Assembly (NCBI GenBank): GCA_963793425.1 | Contig: CAWCAG010000005.1 | Span: 736,001 to 800,000 of the forward strand | Source: an uncultured cyanobacterium | GTDB taxonomy: Bacteria > Cyanobacteriota > Cyanobacteriia > Cyanobacteriales > CAWCAG01 | DNA: 64,000 nt | Direction of reading: 5' to 3' | Shown: positions 20,767-29,882 of the stretch, one piece after another | Layout of the letters: each line of letters opens with the position of its first letter | Numbering within the stretch: position 1 is the first letter of the stretch | Notes under the pieces: generated by a model | The model's input: the letters and a program-made list of their open reading frames with translations, nothing else | The model's database searches: none | Told to the model about the DNA's origin: nothing | Program-made: the position numbers and the translations under genes

Positions 20767-21849
20767 ATGACAACTACATTACAACGTAGCCAAAGCGCAA
20801 GCTCTTGGGAACGGTTTTGCAGTTGGATCACCAGCACCGAAAACCGCCTCTATGTAGGTTGGTTTGGAGTCTTAATGATCCCAACTCTGTTAGCCGCCAC
20901 CACTTGCTTTTTAATCGCCTTCGTCGCAGCACCTCCTGTAGACATAGACGGAATCCGCGAACCAGTAGCAGGTTCATTACTTTATGGAAACAACATCATC
21001 TCTGGTGCAGTTGTTCCATCATCTAATGCCATCGGCTTACACTTCTACCCAATTTGGGAAGCAGCCTCTCTTGATGAGTGGTTGTATAACGGTGGTCCTT
21101 ACCAGCTAGTGATTTTCCACTTCCTCATTGGCATATTTGCTTACATGGGAAGAGAGTGGGAACTATCCTACCGCTTAGGAATGCGTCCTTGGATCTGTGT
21201 AGCTTACTCTGCTCCAGTAGCAGCAGCAAGTGCAGTATTCCTAATCTACCCATTAGGACAAGGAAGCTTCTCAGATGGAATGCCTTTAGGTATATCCGGA
21301 ACCTTCAACTTCATGTTTGTCTTCCAAGCAGAACACAACATCTTAATGCACCCCTTCCATATGTTGGGAGTAGCGGGTGTATTTGGTGGAGCATTATTCA
21401 GTGCCATGCACGGAAGCTTGGTCACCTCTAGCTTAGTAAGAGAAACCACCGAAACCGAATCACAGAACTACGGTTACAAATTCGGACAAGAAGAAGAAAC
21501 CTACAACATTGTTGCAGCACACGGTTATTTTGGTCGTCTAATCTTCCAATATGCCTCCTTCAACAACAGTCGTAGCCTTCACTTCCTCTTAGGAGCATGG
21601 CCAGTAGTAGGAATCTGGTTCACCGCATTAGGAATCTCGACAATGGCGTTTAACCTCAACGGATTCAACTTCAACCAGTCGATACTAGATTCACAAGGTC
21701 ATGTAGTCAACACCTGGGCTGATGTATTAAACCGCGCCAACTTAGGCTTTGAAGTAATGCACGAGCGCAATGCTCACAACTTCCCCTTAGATTTAGCAGC
21801 AGGCGAGTCTACACCAGTAGCTCTCACTGCCCCAGCTATCAACGGTTAA
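20767..21849 (+). CDS. psbA: Photosystem II D1 protein (Glu130, D1:2-like form)
   Basis: Canonical 360-aa D1; YMGREWE (E130); Mn ligands D170, E189, H332, E333, D342, A344 present. Confidence 0.99.
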   Translation: MTTTLQRSQSASSWERFCSWITSTENRLYVGWFGVLMIPTLLAATTCFLIAFVAAPPVDIDGIREPVAGSLLYGNNIISGAVVPSSNAIGLHFYPIWEAASLDEWLYNGGPYQLVIFHFLIGIFAYMGREWELSYRLGMRPWICVAYSAPVAAASAVFLIYPLGQGSFSDGMPLGISGTFNFMFVFQAEHNILMHPFHMLGVAGVFGGALFSAMHGSLVTSSLVRETTETESQNYGYKFGQEEETYNIVAAHGYFGRLIFQYASFNNSRSLHFLLGAWPVVGIWFTALGISTMAFNLNGFNFNQSILDSQGHVVNTWADVLNRANLGFEVMHERNAHNFPLDLAAGESTPVALTAPAING

Positions 21850-21885
21850 GTTGCAATGCTTACAATTAAATAATACCTAAATAAC

Positions 21886-21921
21886 AAAAAGCGTCCTCCC
21901 AATACGGAGGGCGCTTTTTTT
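21886..21921 (+). terminator. Rho-independent terminator, probably bidirectional
   Basis: AAAAAGCGTCCTCC-CAATAC-GGAGGGCGCTTTTTTT between convergent genes. Confidence 0.85.
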
Positions 21922-21938
21922 GATAGAGATAAATGATG

Positions 21939-22364
21939 CTACGAACTTTTACCAAACAATTTAAAGACTTGTTGGCAAAAATGTTTGAGCTTTTCTTTTG
22001 CTTCTTCCGTGGGAGGAGATTTACCGACAAACTGCCAGTTATCTACTGTAGAAAGCCGCCAAGCTTCTCCTTGGTGATTAAATCCGGCTGTTTCTAAACC
22101 AATGAGTCCGGGAGTATCATCTAAAGGATCTTGGTGAAAGCGGATTTGGACTAAGATACTACGACTTTGAAAGCGTCTACTCCAACCAGGAAAATGAAAG
22201 CCAATATCAATAGAATCTGGATCAATAAGCTCAATGGTTTCAGGATCATTTTTCCAGGGTTTCAAGTCAGCTTTGGCATCAGGAAATTCTCTTTTAAATA
22301 AGTTGACAATTGCAGCAATTTTTGCAGTAGCTTCTAAACCTTTAGCTTGTTCTGCGGCGTTCAT
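21939..22364 (-). CDS. Conserved cyanobacterial hypothetical protein
   Basis: 141-aa ORF with GGAG upstream; DPDSIDIGFHFPGWS motif. Confidence 0.75.
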   Translation of the reverse strand: MNAAEQAKGLEATAKIAAIVNLFKREFPDAKADLKPWKNDPETIELIDPDSIDIGFHFPGWSRRFQSRSILVQIRFHQDPLDDTPGLIGLETAGFNHQGEAWRLSTVDNWQFVGKSPPTEEAKEKLKHFCQQVFKLFGKSS

Positions 22365-22454
22365 AATTACTCTCCTCTATAAATATGTTGATCTATTGAT
22401 AATCAACTAGAGTAAGGGAAGATTTTCTCAAAAGTAGAGCAATTGCCAACCAAA

Positions 22455-22889
22455 TTAGTGCTTTTTTTCTCTTTCATCTAAAGAATTTAATAACAACATA
22501 GCTTCATTGGTAGCTTGGACTACAGTTTGTTCCATGTTCATTTTTTCTGTCATATCTTCAAAAAAGACAATTAGTTCCTGATCTTTTTTCTTGTACTGAT
22601 CACGAAAAATATAGAGATCAAAATATAAAGGAGTTCCGTCAGCAAGAATTCTAGCAATGCCTTTACACTCAAAACTAGTACGCTGACCAATTAAGATTTC
22701 CCTAATAGCATCCTCAGCACCTACCAATTCGGGAAATCCTTGGCGGGCATCTTTGCCTAATTCAACTTGGGCTGGTTTATCCGCAAATGTGTTAACTCCA
22801 GAAGAAAGGTTAGCTAGCTTAAACTCTCCATCTATAGTGAGGTATTCTATGTCAGGCAAAGATATTAGTTTGTCGAAAAGAGAATTCAT
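22455..22889 (-). CDS. Stand-alone PAS-like domain protein
   Basis: YLTID...LGKDARQGFPEL...LIVFFEDMTE followed by a short coiled coil. Confidence 0.6.
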   Translation of the reverse strand: MNSLFDKLISLPDIEYLTIDGEFKLANLSSGVNTFADKPAQVELGKDARQGFPELVGAEDAIREILIGQRTSFECKGIARILADGTPLYFDLYIFRDQYKKKDQELIVFFEDMTEKMNMEQTVVQATNEAMLLLNSLDEREKKH

Positions 22890-22920
22890 GGCATTAAATT
22901 GAGCTGATTAGCCAATTTAC

Positions 22921-22936
22921 TGTATTACACTTTACA
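22921..22936. promoter_or_regulatory. Candidate NtcA box TGTA-N8-TACA
   Basis: TGTATTACACTTTACA, intergenic, 31 nt before the ATG at 22889. Confidence 0.5.
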
Positions 22937-23193
22937 AGCTGGCAATTTCTTGATAAATAAAAGCGCCCAAATATATTTTTCCCTACTAGGTAGAATTGCC
23001 AACAATCAGAAATTAAAAAATTAGTGGTAAGAAACTCTTACGATTCATAGTTTAACCGATCTTTTGACTAAGCTTGCTTAAAGTCTACACTAACAGGTAA
23101 TCTAAGCTGTCATAGACTTAGTTGATTAAATTTTGATTTTTTAAAAAACTCAATAGTTAAAAAGCGAGAGAAAAAGAGGTTAATAAATTACTA

Positions 23194-24042
23194 GTGTCTC
23201 TAACTGAAAAAAAGCTAGAAGTAGACTCCCTGTCATGGTTTTATCGAGAGATACAACCTAAAAATAAAAGCGACAAAACCCCCACGATTTTTCTCCACGG
23301 TATTCCTTCTCAAAGTTTCACCTGGTGCGAAACCATGGACTATTTAGCTGAAAAAGGATTGCCGGCGATCGCACCAGATTGGATTGGTTCGGGTTTTTCT
23401 GCCCAACCAGATGTCAGGGATTTTCCTTATACCCGTGATGCTTTTGTCAGGGCTTTAGGCAATCTTATTAAAGCTTGGAAAATTGAGCAATTTAACTTAG
23501 TTATTGAAGGCTTTTTATTAGGGTCTATGGGTTTGTTATACGCCCTGAACAACCCAGAAAAGATTGAGCGTTTAGTTATTCTTAATAGCCCCATAACTAC
23601 CACAGCAAAGTTACCTTGGAAGATGAAACAATGGGGGCTTCCCTTTGTTGGGGATATGCTTACCCAAGATCCCCTTTTGGTAGATCGCACTTTAGAAGGT
23701 GGCAGTGGCTATGTGATTGGTGATAAAAATCTGGATGTATATCGTCGTCCTTTTCTCAAAAGTTCCGATGCTGGCAGGGCTTTAGTGGCGACGGTAAGAA
23801 ATTTACAAAAGCAAGATTATTTACCAGAAATTGAATTCGGTTTACGTAATTGGACTAAACCAGCTTTAATAATTTGGGGAACCGAAGATCCTTGGCTAGA
23901 TACGGCTGAGGCAGAAAAAGTTGCTAATCTTAATTCTCAGATTGAATTAGTCAAAATAAAAGAAGCTAAACATTATCCCCAAGAGCATTTTTCCTCAGAA
24001 GTTAGCGAAGTCATGAGCAATTTTCTCCGTCGTCAAATTTAA
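23194..24042 (+). CDS. Alpha/beta hydrolase fold protein (haloalkane dehalogenase-like)
   Basis: FLHGIPS, APDWIGSGFS, WGTEDPW, HYPQE. Confidence 0.88.
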   Translation: MSLTEKKLEVDSLSWFYREIQPKNKSDKTPTIFLHGIPSQSFTWCETMDYLAEKGLPAIAPDWIGSGFSAQPDVRDFPYTRDAFVRALGNLIKAWKIEQFNLVIEGFLLGSMGLLYALNNPEKIERLVILNSPITTTAKLPWKMKQWGLPFVGDMLTQDPLLVDRTLEGGSGYVIGDKNLDVYRRPFLKSSDAGRALVATVRNLQKQDYLPEIEFGLRNWTKPALIIWGTEDPWLDTAEAEKVANLNSQIELVKIKEAKHYPQEHFSSEVSEVMSNFLRRQI

Positions 24043-24113
24043 TGCTAATTATTGCCAGTTACTAGTTGCTAATAGTTTTCTTCCGATTTCCGATTCCCTA
24101 TTCCTTGTTCTAA

Positions 24114-24863
24114 ATGTTTTTGGCAACAACACAAGTTGAACCGCGTCTGTTTTGGTTTTCAGCCCTCTTTGCCCTTAGTTTAGCCCTAGTTCATATTTAT
24201 GCAGGCAAACTAAAGTTTTTAGGTGGTGTTCCTCGTAGTTACTGGCTTTCTATGGCTAGTGGTGTGTCAGTAGCCTATGTTTTCGTACACCTACTACCTG
24301 ACTTAGGTGAAAAACAAATAACCATCAACCAAACAGGTATTTTGGGTTTTATTGAACACCACGTTTATTTATTAGCCCTTCTTGGTTTAAGTATTTTTTA
24401 TGGTTTAGAAAGTTTAGTTACAAAGTCTCAAAAAGAGCAAAATAATCTTGCCAAAGCAAAGATTTTCTGGCTTCATATTGGTTCTTTTGCTCTTTACAAT
24501 GCTCTAATTGGCTACTTACTACTCCATCGTGAAACCCCTGGCTTACTAAGCTTAATCTCATTTTTTGTCGCCATGGCTCTACATTTTCTGGTTAACGATT
24601 ATGGCTTGCGAGAAGACCATCAACAAAATTATCACAAAATTGGTCGCTGGATTTTAGCAGCAGCAATTATCATAGGGTGGGTAATTGGGGCAGGAACAGA
24701 AATTTCTGAGGCAGCGATCGCAGTTTTGTTTGCTTTCTTAGCAGGGGGCATTATCCTTAATATTTTGAAAGAAGAGTTACCCGAAGAGCGTAAGAGCCGT
24801 TTTTGGGCCTTTACTGTCGGTGTAGCTGCCTATACAGTAATTTTACTTGTTCTTGATACTTAA
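24114..24863 (+). CDS. Multi-pass membrane protein, possibly ZIP-like metal permease
   Basis: About 8 TM helices; SGVSVAYVFVHLLP, ALHF, LAGGII...KEELP motifs. Confidence 0.6.
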   Translation: MFLATTQVEPRLFWFSALFALSLALVHIYAGKLKFLGGVPRSYWLSMASGVSVAYVFVHLLPDLGEKQITINQTGILGFIEHHVYLLALLGLSIFYGLESLVTKSQKEQNNLAKAKIFWLHIGSFALYNALIGYLLLHRETPGLLSLISFFVAMALHFLVNDYGLREDHQQNYHKIGRWILAAAIIIGWVIGAGTEISEAAIAVLFAFLAGGIILNILKEELPEERKSRFWAFTVGVAAYTVILLVLDT

Positions 24864-24992
24864 GATACCGGAACAATCAAAGTTAAAAGGGGTCTTTGGG
24901 TATCGTAGGAGCAAGGCTTTTCAACCTTTCTCCCTGTCACCTAGTCACCCCATTAACCCCAACAAGCAAATTAAATAGAGGAGAAAAGATTA

Positions 24993-26339
24993 ATGCTTTA
25001 TAGTGCAGTACGCCCCTTGTTATTATTGTTAGGAGCTAGTTCTTTTAATCTTTTGTTCGCTAATGTAAGTTGGGGGCAATCTTCTGTCACTGAAGAAGTA
25101 ATCACAGCAATTTTAGAAGCCCCTAATCTTCAAGAATCAACCCAGCCTCGTTACAGTACATTTGTCAATGAAGCTGGGCAACCCCTAGAAACAAAAACAG
25201 AACTTACTCAGAGGGGTGTTGATGCCATTGAAAAGGATAAATCAGTTTCTTTTTACTTCGGCCCTAAACAGCCTATACCCACAGTCTTACAAGGCCCCAC
25301 CCGCCCCCACCTCGTCGAAGCAGCCAATAACGTTGAAGGGGGTTTTAATGTTGTTGTGGGTTCCCAAGTAAAGCTTAGTGAAAATCAGTCTATTCAGGCA
25401 GAAATACGGGGTGGTAGTGCGGTATTAGGTGCAGATGTTAGCTATACTCAAACCTTTGATTCTCCTCAACAAGGTGTTAGTGCTAATATCTTTAATCAAC
25501 GTTCCTTTTCTCCTAGTTTTGAAGAAGGGGATCTTGATGTTAACTTACCAAATGGAGATACTCCTTGGGTACATCGTCTGGGAGGTGGTGTGGAATATTT
25601 CGCCCCAGTTACCCAACAAATTGACGGGGCTGCGGGCATAACTTATCAGCGAGTCTCAGCTAGAGATGGGGTATTTAGTTCTAATCTTCAACCGGTAGAT
25701 GAGTTTGGCAACCAGCTTACCGTCAGTAATAATGGGCAAGAAGATTTACTAACTCTAAATTTAGCTACTGAGTACGATACCCGTAACCGTGAGACGGATA
25801 CAACAGAAGGTACAAGGGTTCGGTTAGGGTTGGATCAAGCTGTTCCTGTCGGTGATGCTAGCATTGACTTTACTCGTCTCAAAGCTAACTACACCCAATA
25901 TGTTCCAGTCTCTCTTTTTGGTTTCCAAGAAGGGCCACGCACCTTGGTTGTCAACCTCCAAGGGGGACATATGTTTGGTGATGTACCGGCTTACGAAGCC
26001 TTCAACCCCACAGCCGTAGGTTTCAATGGGGGAGAAATCGCTACTAGTCGCAGTTTTATTCAAGGTAGCGCAGAATATCGCTTCCCTGTCTTTTCTTTCA
26101 TGGCTTTTGATGAAGATATTGATGTGGGGGGAATGTTTTTTGTTGACTATGCTAACAGCCTAGGAACCCAAGATGAGGTAATTGGCAAGCCTGGTATAGT
26201 TCGTAGTAAACCCGGAGAAGGTTTCGGTTATGGTTTGGGATTTCGAGCCGACTCTCCATTTGGTATCATCCGCATTGAATTTGGTTTAAATGATGATGGT
26301 GGTGGCAGAGTTAATGTTGGTATTGGGGAAAGGTTTTAG
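24993..26339 (+). CDS. Omp85/BamA-TamA-like outer-membrane beta-barrel without obvious POTRA domains
   Basis: Signal peptide; YDTRN, QYVPV, GDVPAYEAF, AEYRFP, GYGLGFR, SPFGIIR, C-terminal GIGERF. Confidence 0.85.
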   Translation: MLYSAVRPLLLLLGASSFNLLFANVSWGQSSVTEEVITAILEAPNLQESTQPRYSTFVNEAGQPLETKTELTQRGVDAIEKDKSVSFYFGPKQPIPTVLQGPTRPHLVEAANNVEGGFNVVVGSQVKLSENQSIQAEIRGGSAVLGADVSYTQTFDSPQQGVSANIFNQRSFSPSFEEGDLDVNLPNGDTPWVHRLGGGVEYFAPVTQQIDGAAGITYQRVSARDGVFSSNLQPVDEFGNQLTVSNNGQEDLLTLNLATEYDTRNRETDTTEGTRVRLGLDQAVPVGDASIDFTRLKANYTQYVPVSLFGFQEGPRTLVVNLQGGHMFGDVPAYEAFNPTAVGFNGGEIATSRSFIQGSAEYRFPVFSFMAFDEDIDVGGMFFVDYANSLGTQDEVIGKPGIVRSKPGEGFGYGLGFRADSPFGIIRIEFGLNDDGGGRVNVGIGERF

Positions 26340-26342
26340 TTT

Positions 26343-26385
26343 TGCTAATTGTTAATTGCTAGTGGCTAGTGGCTAGTTGCTGACA
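26343..26385 (+). repeat. Heptamer tandem repeat family GCTA(A/G)T(T/G/A), also near 11468, 19580, 24044
   Basis: gctaatt gttaatt gctagtg gctagtg gctagtt gctgaca; similar runs directly after several stop codons. Confidence 0.75.
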
Positions 26386-26412
26386 GGGAATATTACTTAT
26401 TAGTTTTCCCCC

Positions 26413-27195
26413 TCACCTATAGCTAAGGCTGATTGTACCAGGCGATCGCAAAACTTCTACCCCAGCACCAAGAGAGTTGAGGCGAATTTTTAAATCTCCT
26501 TGGGCTGTGACTCCAACTACTGTACCGGGAAAACCATCCACTAAAACCTTACGTCCTTTGCTACTTAGCATTTGTAAATAGGAGGGCAATATCTTTTCTA
26601 TACCTATCGCTAAGTATTGTTGGTATCCCCAGATAATGCCGTGGGCTACCACCGCCGCCAAACTTTCTAAGGAAGTAATTTGCGATCGCGGTTGTAAGTT
26701 AATACCTGTTTCTGGTACAGAATTTTGCCAGTTTATGCCAACACCAATTACTGCTTGGGTAATATGCCCATTTTGAATACGAGTTTCGCTGAGAATTCCC
26801 CCTAGTTTTTTCTGATTTAGAAGTAAATCATTAGGCCATTTTAGGTTAACAGGAACAGCTTTTGACCGCAAAGCTTGAGCAATGCCCCAACCACTACAGA
26901 GAGTTAATTGATGACTATTGGTAGCTGGTAATTGTGTAGATAAAGCCAAAGATAAGTACAAACCTCCCCATGAAGACTGCCACTGTCTTCCCCACTGACC
27001 TTTGCCCGCAGTTTGTTGTCCGGCTATAACCACTCTGGGGAGAGGTTTTCCTTCATTCAGAAGTTGCCAAAGTTTTTGGTTAGTGGAAGGGAGAGAGGGA
27101 AAGTAATCTAAGGGCAAATCAAAAGTTTCTTCACCCCATAACTTTTGTCGAGTTTCCCGAAAAGTTTGCTTATTAAATTGCACCACGGTTTTCAA
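26413..27195 (-). CDS. birA: Biotin-[acetyl-CoA-carboxylase] ligase (no HTH)
   Basis: LPSTN, QTAGKGQWGRQW, LKWPND, KLGGIL, GVGIN. Confidence 0.93.
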   Translation of the reverse strand: MKTVVQFNKQTFRETRQKLWGEETFDLPLDYFPSLPSTNQKLWQLLNEGKPLPRVVIAGQQTAGKGQWGRQWQSSWGGLYLSLALSTQLPATNSHQLTLCSGWGIAQALRSKAVPVNLKWPNDLLLNQKKLGGILSETRIQNGHITQAVIGVGINWQNSVPETGINLQPRSQITSLESLAAVVAHGIIWGYQQYLAIGIEKILPSYLQMLSSKGRKVLVDGFPGTVVGVTAQGDLKIRLNSLGAGVEVLRSPGTISLSYR

Positions 27196-27220
27196 TGATC
27201 AATGTACGGCTTGTCACTGT

Positions 27221-27282
27221 GTAGGGGCGATCCGTTTGCCGAGTATTTTTAATAAAACAGAGTTTAAATTGGATCGCCCTTT
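27221..27282 (+). repeat. GTAG-type REP-like hairpin
   Basis: GTAG-GGGCGATCC-N37-GGATCGCCC-TTT, same layout as the element at 11538-11600. Confidence 0.6.
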
Positions 27283-27305
27283 GCTTATCAATGAAACAGG
27301 GCAAA

Positions 27306-27370
27306 TAATCAATGATTAATGTTTAATGATAAATGATAAATGTTTAATGTTTAATGATAAATGCTAAATG
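27306..27370 (+). repeat. Heptamer short tandem repeat (STRR-like), unit about T(A/T)AATG(A/T)
   Basis: ...tcaatga ttaatgt ttaatga taaatga taaatgt ttaatgt ttaatga taaatgc taaatga. Confidence 0.85.
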
Positions 27371-28203
27371 AAAAGGTTTCTGGTTGGCAATGGCAGACTT
27401 GGCAAGGGCTACCTTATTTAACCTGTGATTTGTTACAACAATGGCAGCATGGCTTTTTTACTCAGCAATTTTGTCCTCAGCTTCCCGAAGAGATAGTTGC
27501 TGTGTTTGATCCTCAATACCAAGCTTATCGCGTTAAACAAGTTCATGGTTCGCGAGTGATGACACCATGGGAAATTGAGGCAGCACAACAAGAAGGTTCA
27601 TTAATAGCAGAAAATGGTTATCCTCCTGCTGATGCTATTTTTACCGACCAACCCCAACAAGCCGTTTTTGTAGCTAGTGCTGATTGTACTCCAGTTTTGA
27701 TTGGGGATCTTAAAAGTAATAAGGTTGCGGCTATTCATGCTGGTTGGCGAGGGACAGCTAAAAGAATTGTTCCTGAAGCGATCGCCCGTTTTGTTGCTTC
27801 TGGCAGTAATCTTGAAGATTTGCGAATTGCCATGGGGCCTGCTATTGCTGGGGAAGTTTATCAGGTTTCGGAGAAAGTTGCCACAGAAGTTGGGGCAAGT
27901 GTTGTTGATTCTCCTGAAGCAATTTTAACTACTCTGCTACAGTTACCCAATTCTCCTATACTCCCAGATACTCACCCTAATCGAGTCAAACTTGATGTGC
28001 GACGTATTAATGCCCTGCAACTTGAAGGTTTAGGCATTAATCAAGAACAAGTAGTGATCGCCCCTCACTGCACTTATCAGCAGCCAGAATACTTTTTCTC
28101 TTACCGTCGTAGCAAAGAAAAGAAGGTTCAATGGTCAGGTATTGCTAGTATGAAGAATGGGTTTGAGAGTCGAGACTCAAAGCCCCTGCCCCAGCATAAA
28201 TAG
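27361..28203 (+). CDS. pgeF: YfiH/PgeF family protein (purine nucleoside phosphorylase/peptidoglycan editing factor)
   Basis: QVHG, ADCTPVL, AAIHAGWRG, GPAI, FFSYRR. Confidence 0.92.
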   Translation: MLNEKVSGWQWQTWQGLPYLTCDLLQQWQHGFFTQQFCPQLPEEIVAVFDPQYQAYRVKQVHGSRVMTPWEIEAAQQEGSLIAENGYPPADAIFTDQPQQAVFVASADCTPVLIGDLKSNKVAAIHAGWRGTAKRIVPEAIARFVASGSNLEDLRIAMGPAIAGEVYQVSEKVATEVGASVVDSPEAILTTLLQLPNSPILPDTHPNRVKLDVRRINALQLEGLGINQEQVVIAPHCTYQQPEYFFSYRRSKEKKVQWSGIASMKNGFESRDSKPLPQHK

Positions 28204-28528
28204 TCATTAGTAAACCGCCAATCAGGGCCAAGTTTTTGAGAAAATTGTTTATTTCTCCTGGGACGGCAGGATTATGAAAAACTAGGGTGGCAGGAATCAA
28301 GAAGATAATTAATAAAATTGCACCAATACGAACTTTATAACCCAATACTAAGGATAATCCCCCTACTAGCTGAAAGATAATCGTAAATGCCAACAATAAG
28401 CCAGCCAAAGGTAAACCTTTATTTGCCATCATTTGTTGAGTTTCTGCGAAACCGAGAATTTTGCCGATTCCAGAGTTTAAGAAGATTATGGCTAAGAAAA
28501 TGCGTCCAGCTAAAGGAATATAATTCAT
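28145..28528 (-). CDS. DoxX family membrane protein
   Basis: GRIFLAIIF..SGIGKI, FLKNLALIGGLL, GAGALSLD. Confidence 0.9.
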   Translation of the reverse strand: MNYIPLAGRIFLAIIFLNSGIGKILGFAETQQMMANKGLPLAGLLLAFTIIFQLVGGLSLVLGYKVRIGAILLIIFLIPATLVFHNPAVPGEINNFLKNLALIGGLLMTIYAGAGALSLDSQTHSSY

Positions 28529-28850
28529 TTTTTTATTATCGATTACTAAGGATGTCTAAAGGTAACGGTATAACTAATCCTCTTGATTATCAGTTCAAAA
28601 CTGACCTAGAGATTTAAAGTATTAGGCAAAATCCCAGTCTTAATTGGTAGCCAGGAATGTTATGCTGTTTTCTTTGAGGTTGGTAACAAAAAGAACAGAC
28701 AAATTAGATTTCAAACAAGTACCTACTAACCTTCTAACCTAATGATTTATTGCTAACAATTAAAATCCTCCTTGAGAAGGAATTTATGACTGAGCTTCAG
28801 CAATAAAAATATGGTGATGCAATCTAGAAATTTCCGACCTAATAAATATA

Positions 28851-29810
28851 ATGTCAGTTAATAAAGTGCAACCGAAATTAATTATTCATGGTGGAGCAGG
28901 AAGCTCCTTACAAGATCCAAAAGGAATTCAAGCTATACGCGAAGTACTTCACGGCATAGTTAAGGAAATTTATACGGCTCTATTAAACAATATTAGCGCG
29001 ACTGAGGCCGTAATTTTAGGTTGTCAGTTATTAGAAGATAATTCTCGTTTCAATGCCGGAACAGGTTCAGTTTTGCAGTCTGATGGGCAAATTCGCATGA
29101 GTGCCGCTTTAATGGAAGGAAGTAGCCAGCGTTTTAGTGGCGTGATTAATGTTTCCCGTGTACAACATCCTATTGATTTAGCCTCTGCTTTGCAAAAAGA
29201 AACTGACCGCATCCTCTCTGATTTTGGTGCAGCAGAATTATCACGAGAACTAAATTTACCTATATACGATCCCTTAACGGATCTACGCTTGCAAGAATGG
29301 ATGCAAGAAAGACGGAATAATTTCCAAAGGGCAATGGCTGGGGTGGTAGCAGAAACTGAATTAGCCTCCCCTAGTGAAGCAAGAAGGGGTACTATTGGTG
29401 TTGTAGTCCTCGATTGCTTGGGGAACCTGGCGGTAGGCACTTCCACAGGGGGTAAAGGATTAGAGCGTATTGGTAGAGTCAGCGACTCAGCTATGCCAGC
29501 AGGAAACTATGCTACAAGTAAAGCTGCTGTTAGCTGCACTGGAATAGGTGAAGACATCATTGATGAATGTTTAGCAGCTAAAGTGGTGATTAGAGTTAGT
29601 GATGGTATGTCTTTAGAAAAAGCCATGGAACGTTCTTTTGCAGAATGTAAAGAGAACCAAAGAGACTTAGGTGCAATATCAATAGAAGCTGATGGTACAA
29701 TATCTTGGGGCAAAACCAGTGAGGTTTTGCTAGCTGCTTACCATAACGGTGAAGATGTTGGCGATACCCTAGAATGGGACGGTGATGGCAAGTTGGTAGG
29801 AACCACTTAG
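28851..29810 (+). CDS. Isoaspartyl peptidase/L-asparaginase (Ntn hydrolase)
   Basis: IIHGGAG, FNAGTGS, GTIGVV (nucleophile Thr), TSTGG, GRVSDS, SCTGIGE. Confidence 0.93.
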   Translation: MSVNKVQPKLIIHGGAGSSLQDPKGIQAIREVLHGIVKEIYTALLNNISATEAVILGCQLLEDNSRFNAGTGSVLQSDGQIRMSAALMEGSSQRFSGVINVSRVQHPIDLASALQKETDRILSDFGAAELSRELNLPIYDPLTDLRLQEWMQERRNNFQRAMAGVVAETELASPSEARRGTIGVVVLDCLGNLAVGTSTGGKGLERIGRVSDSAMPAGNYATSKAAVSCTGIGEDIIDECLAAKVVIRVSDGMSLEKAMERSFAECKENQRDLGAISIEADGTISWGKTSEVLLAAYHNGEDVGDTLEWDGDGKLVGTT

Positions 29811-29882
29811 GTTTGCTGTTAAAAGAGACACGGCAAATACAAAGAGAAATTATGCCGTGTCCAAAGGAGAGGCTCTATCTTT

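Noticed and set aside
20767..21849. Atypical (rogue or chlorophyll f synthase) D1
   Set aside because: All Mn-cluster ligands and the A344 processing site are canonical
27306..27370. Periodic repeats as a possible CRISPR array
   Set aside because: 7-nt units with no spacers; ordinary cyanobacterial short tandem repeats; no cas genes in the window
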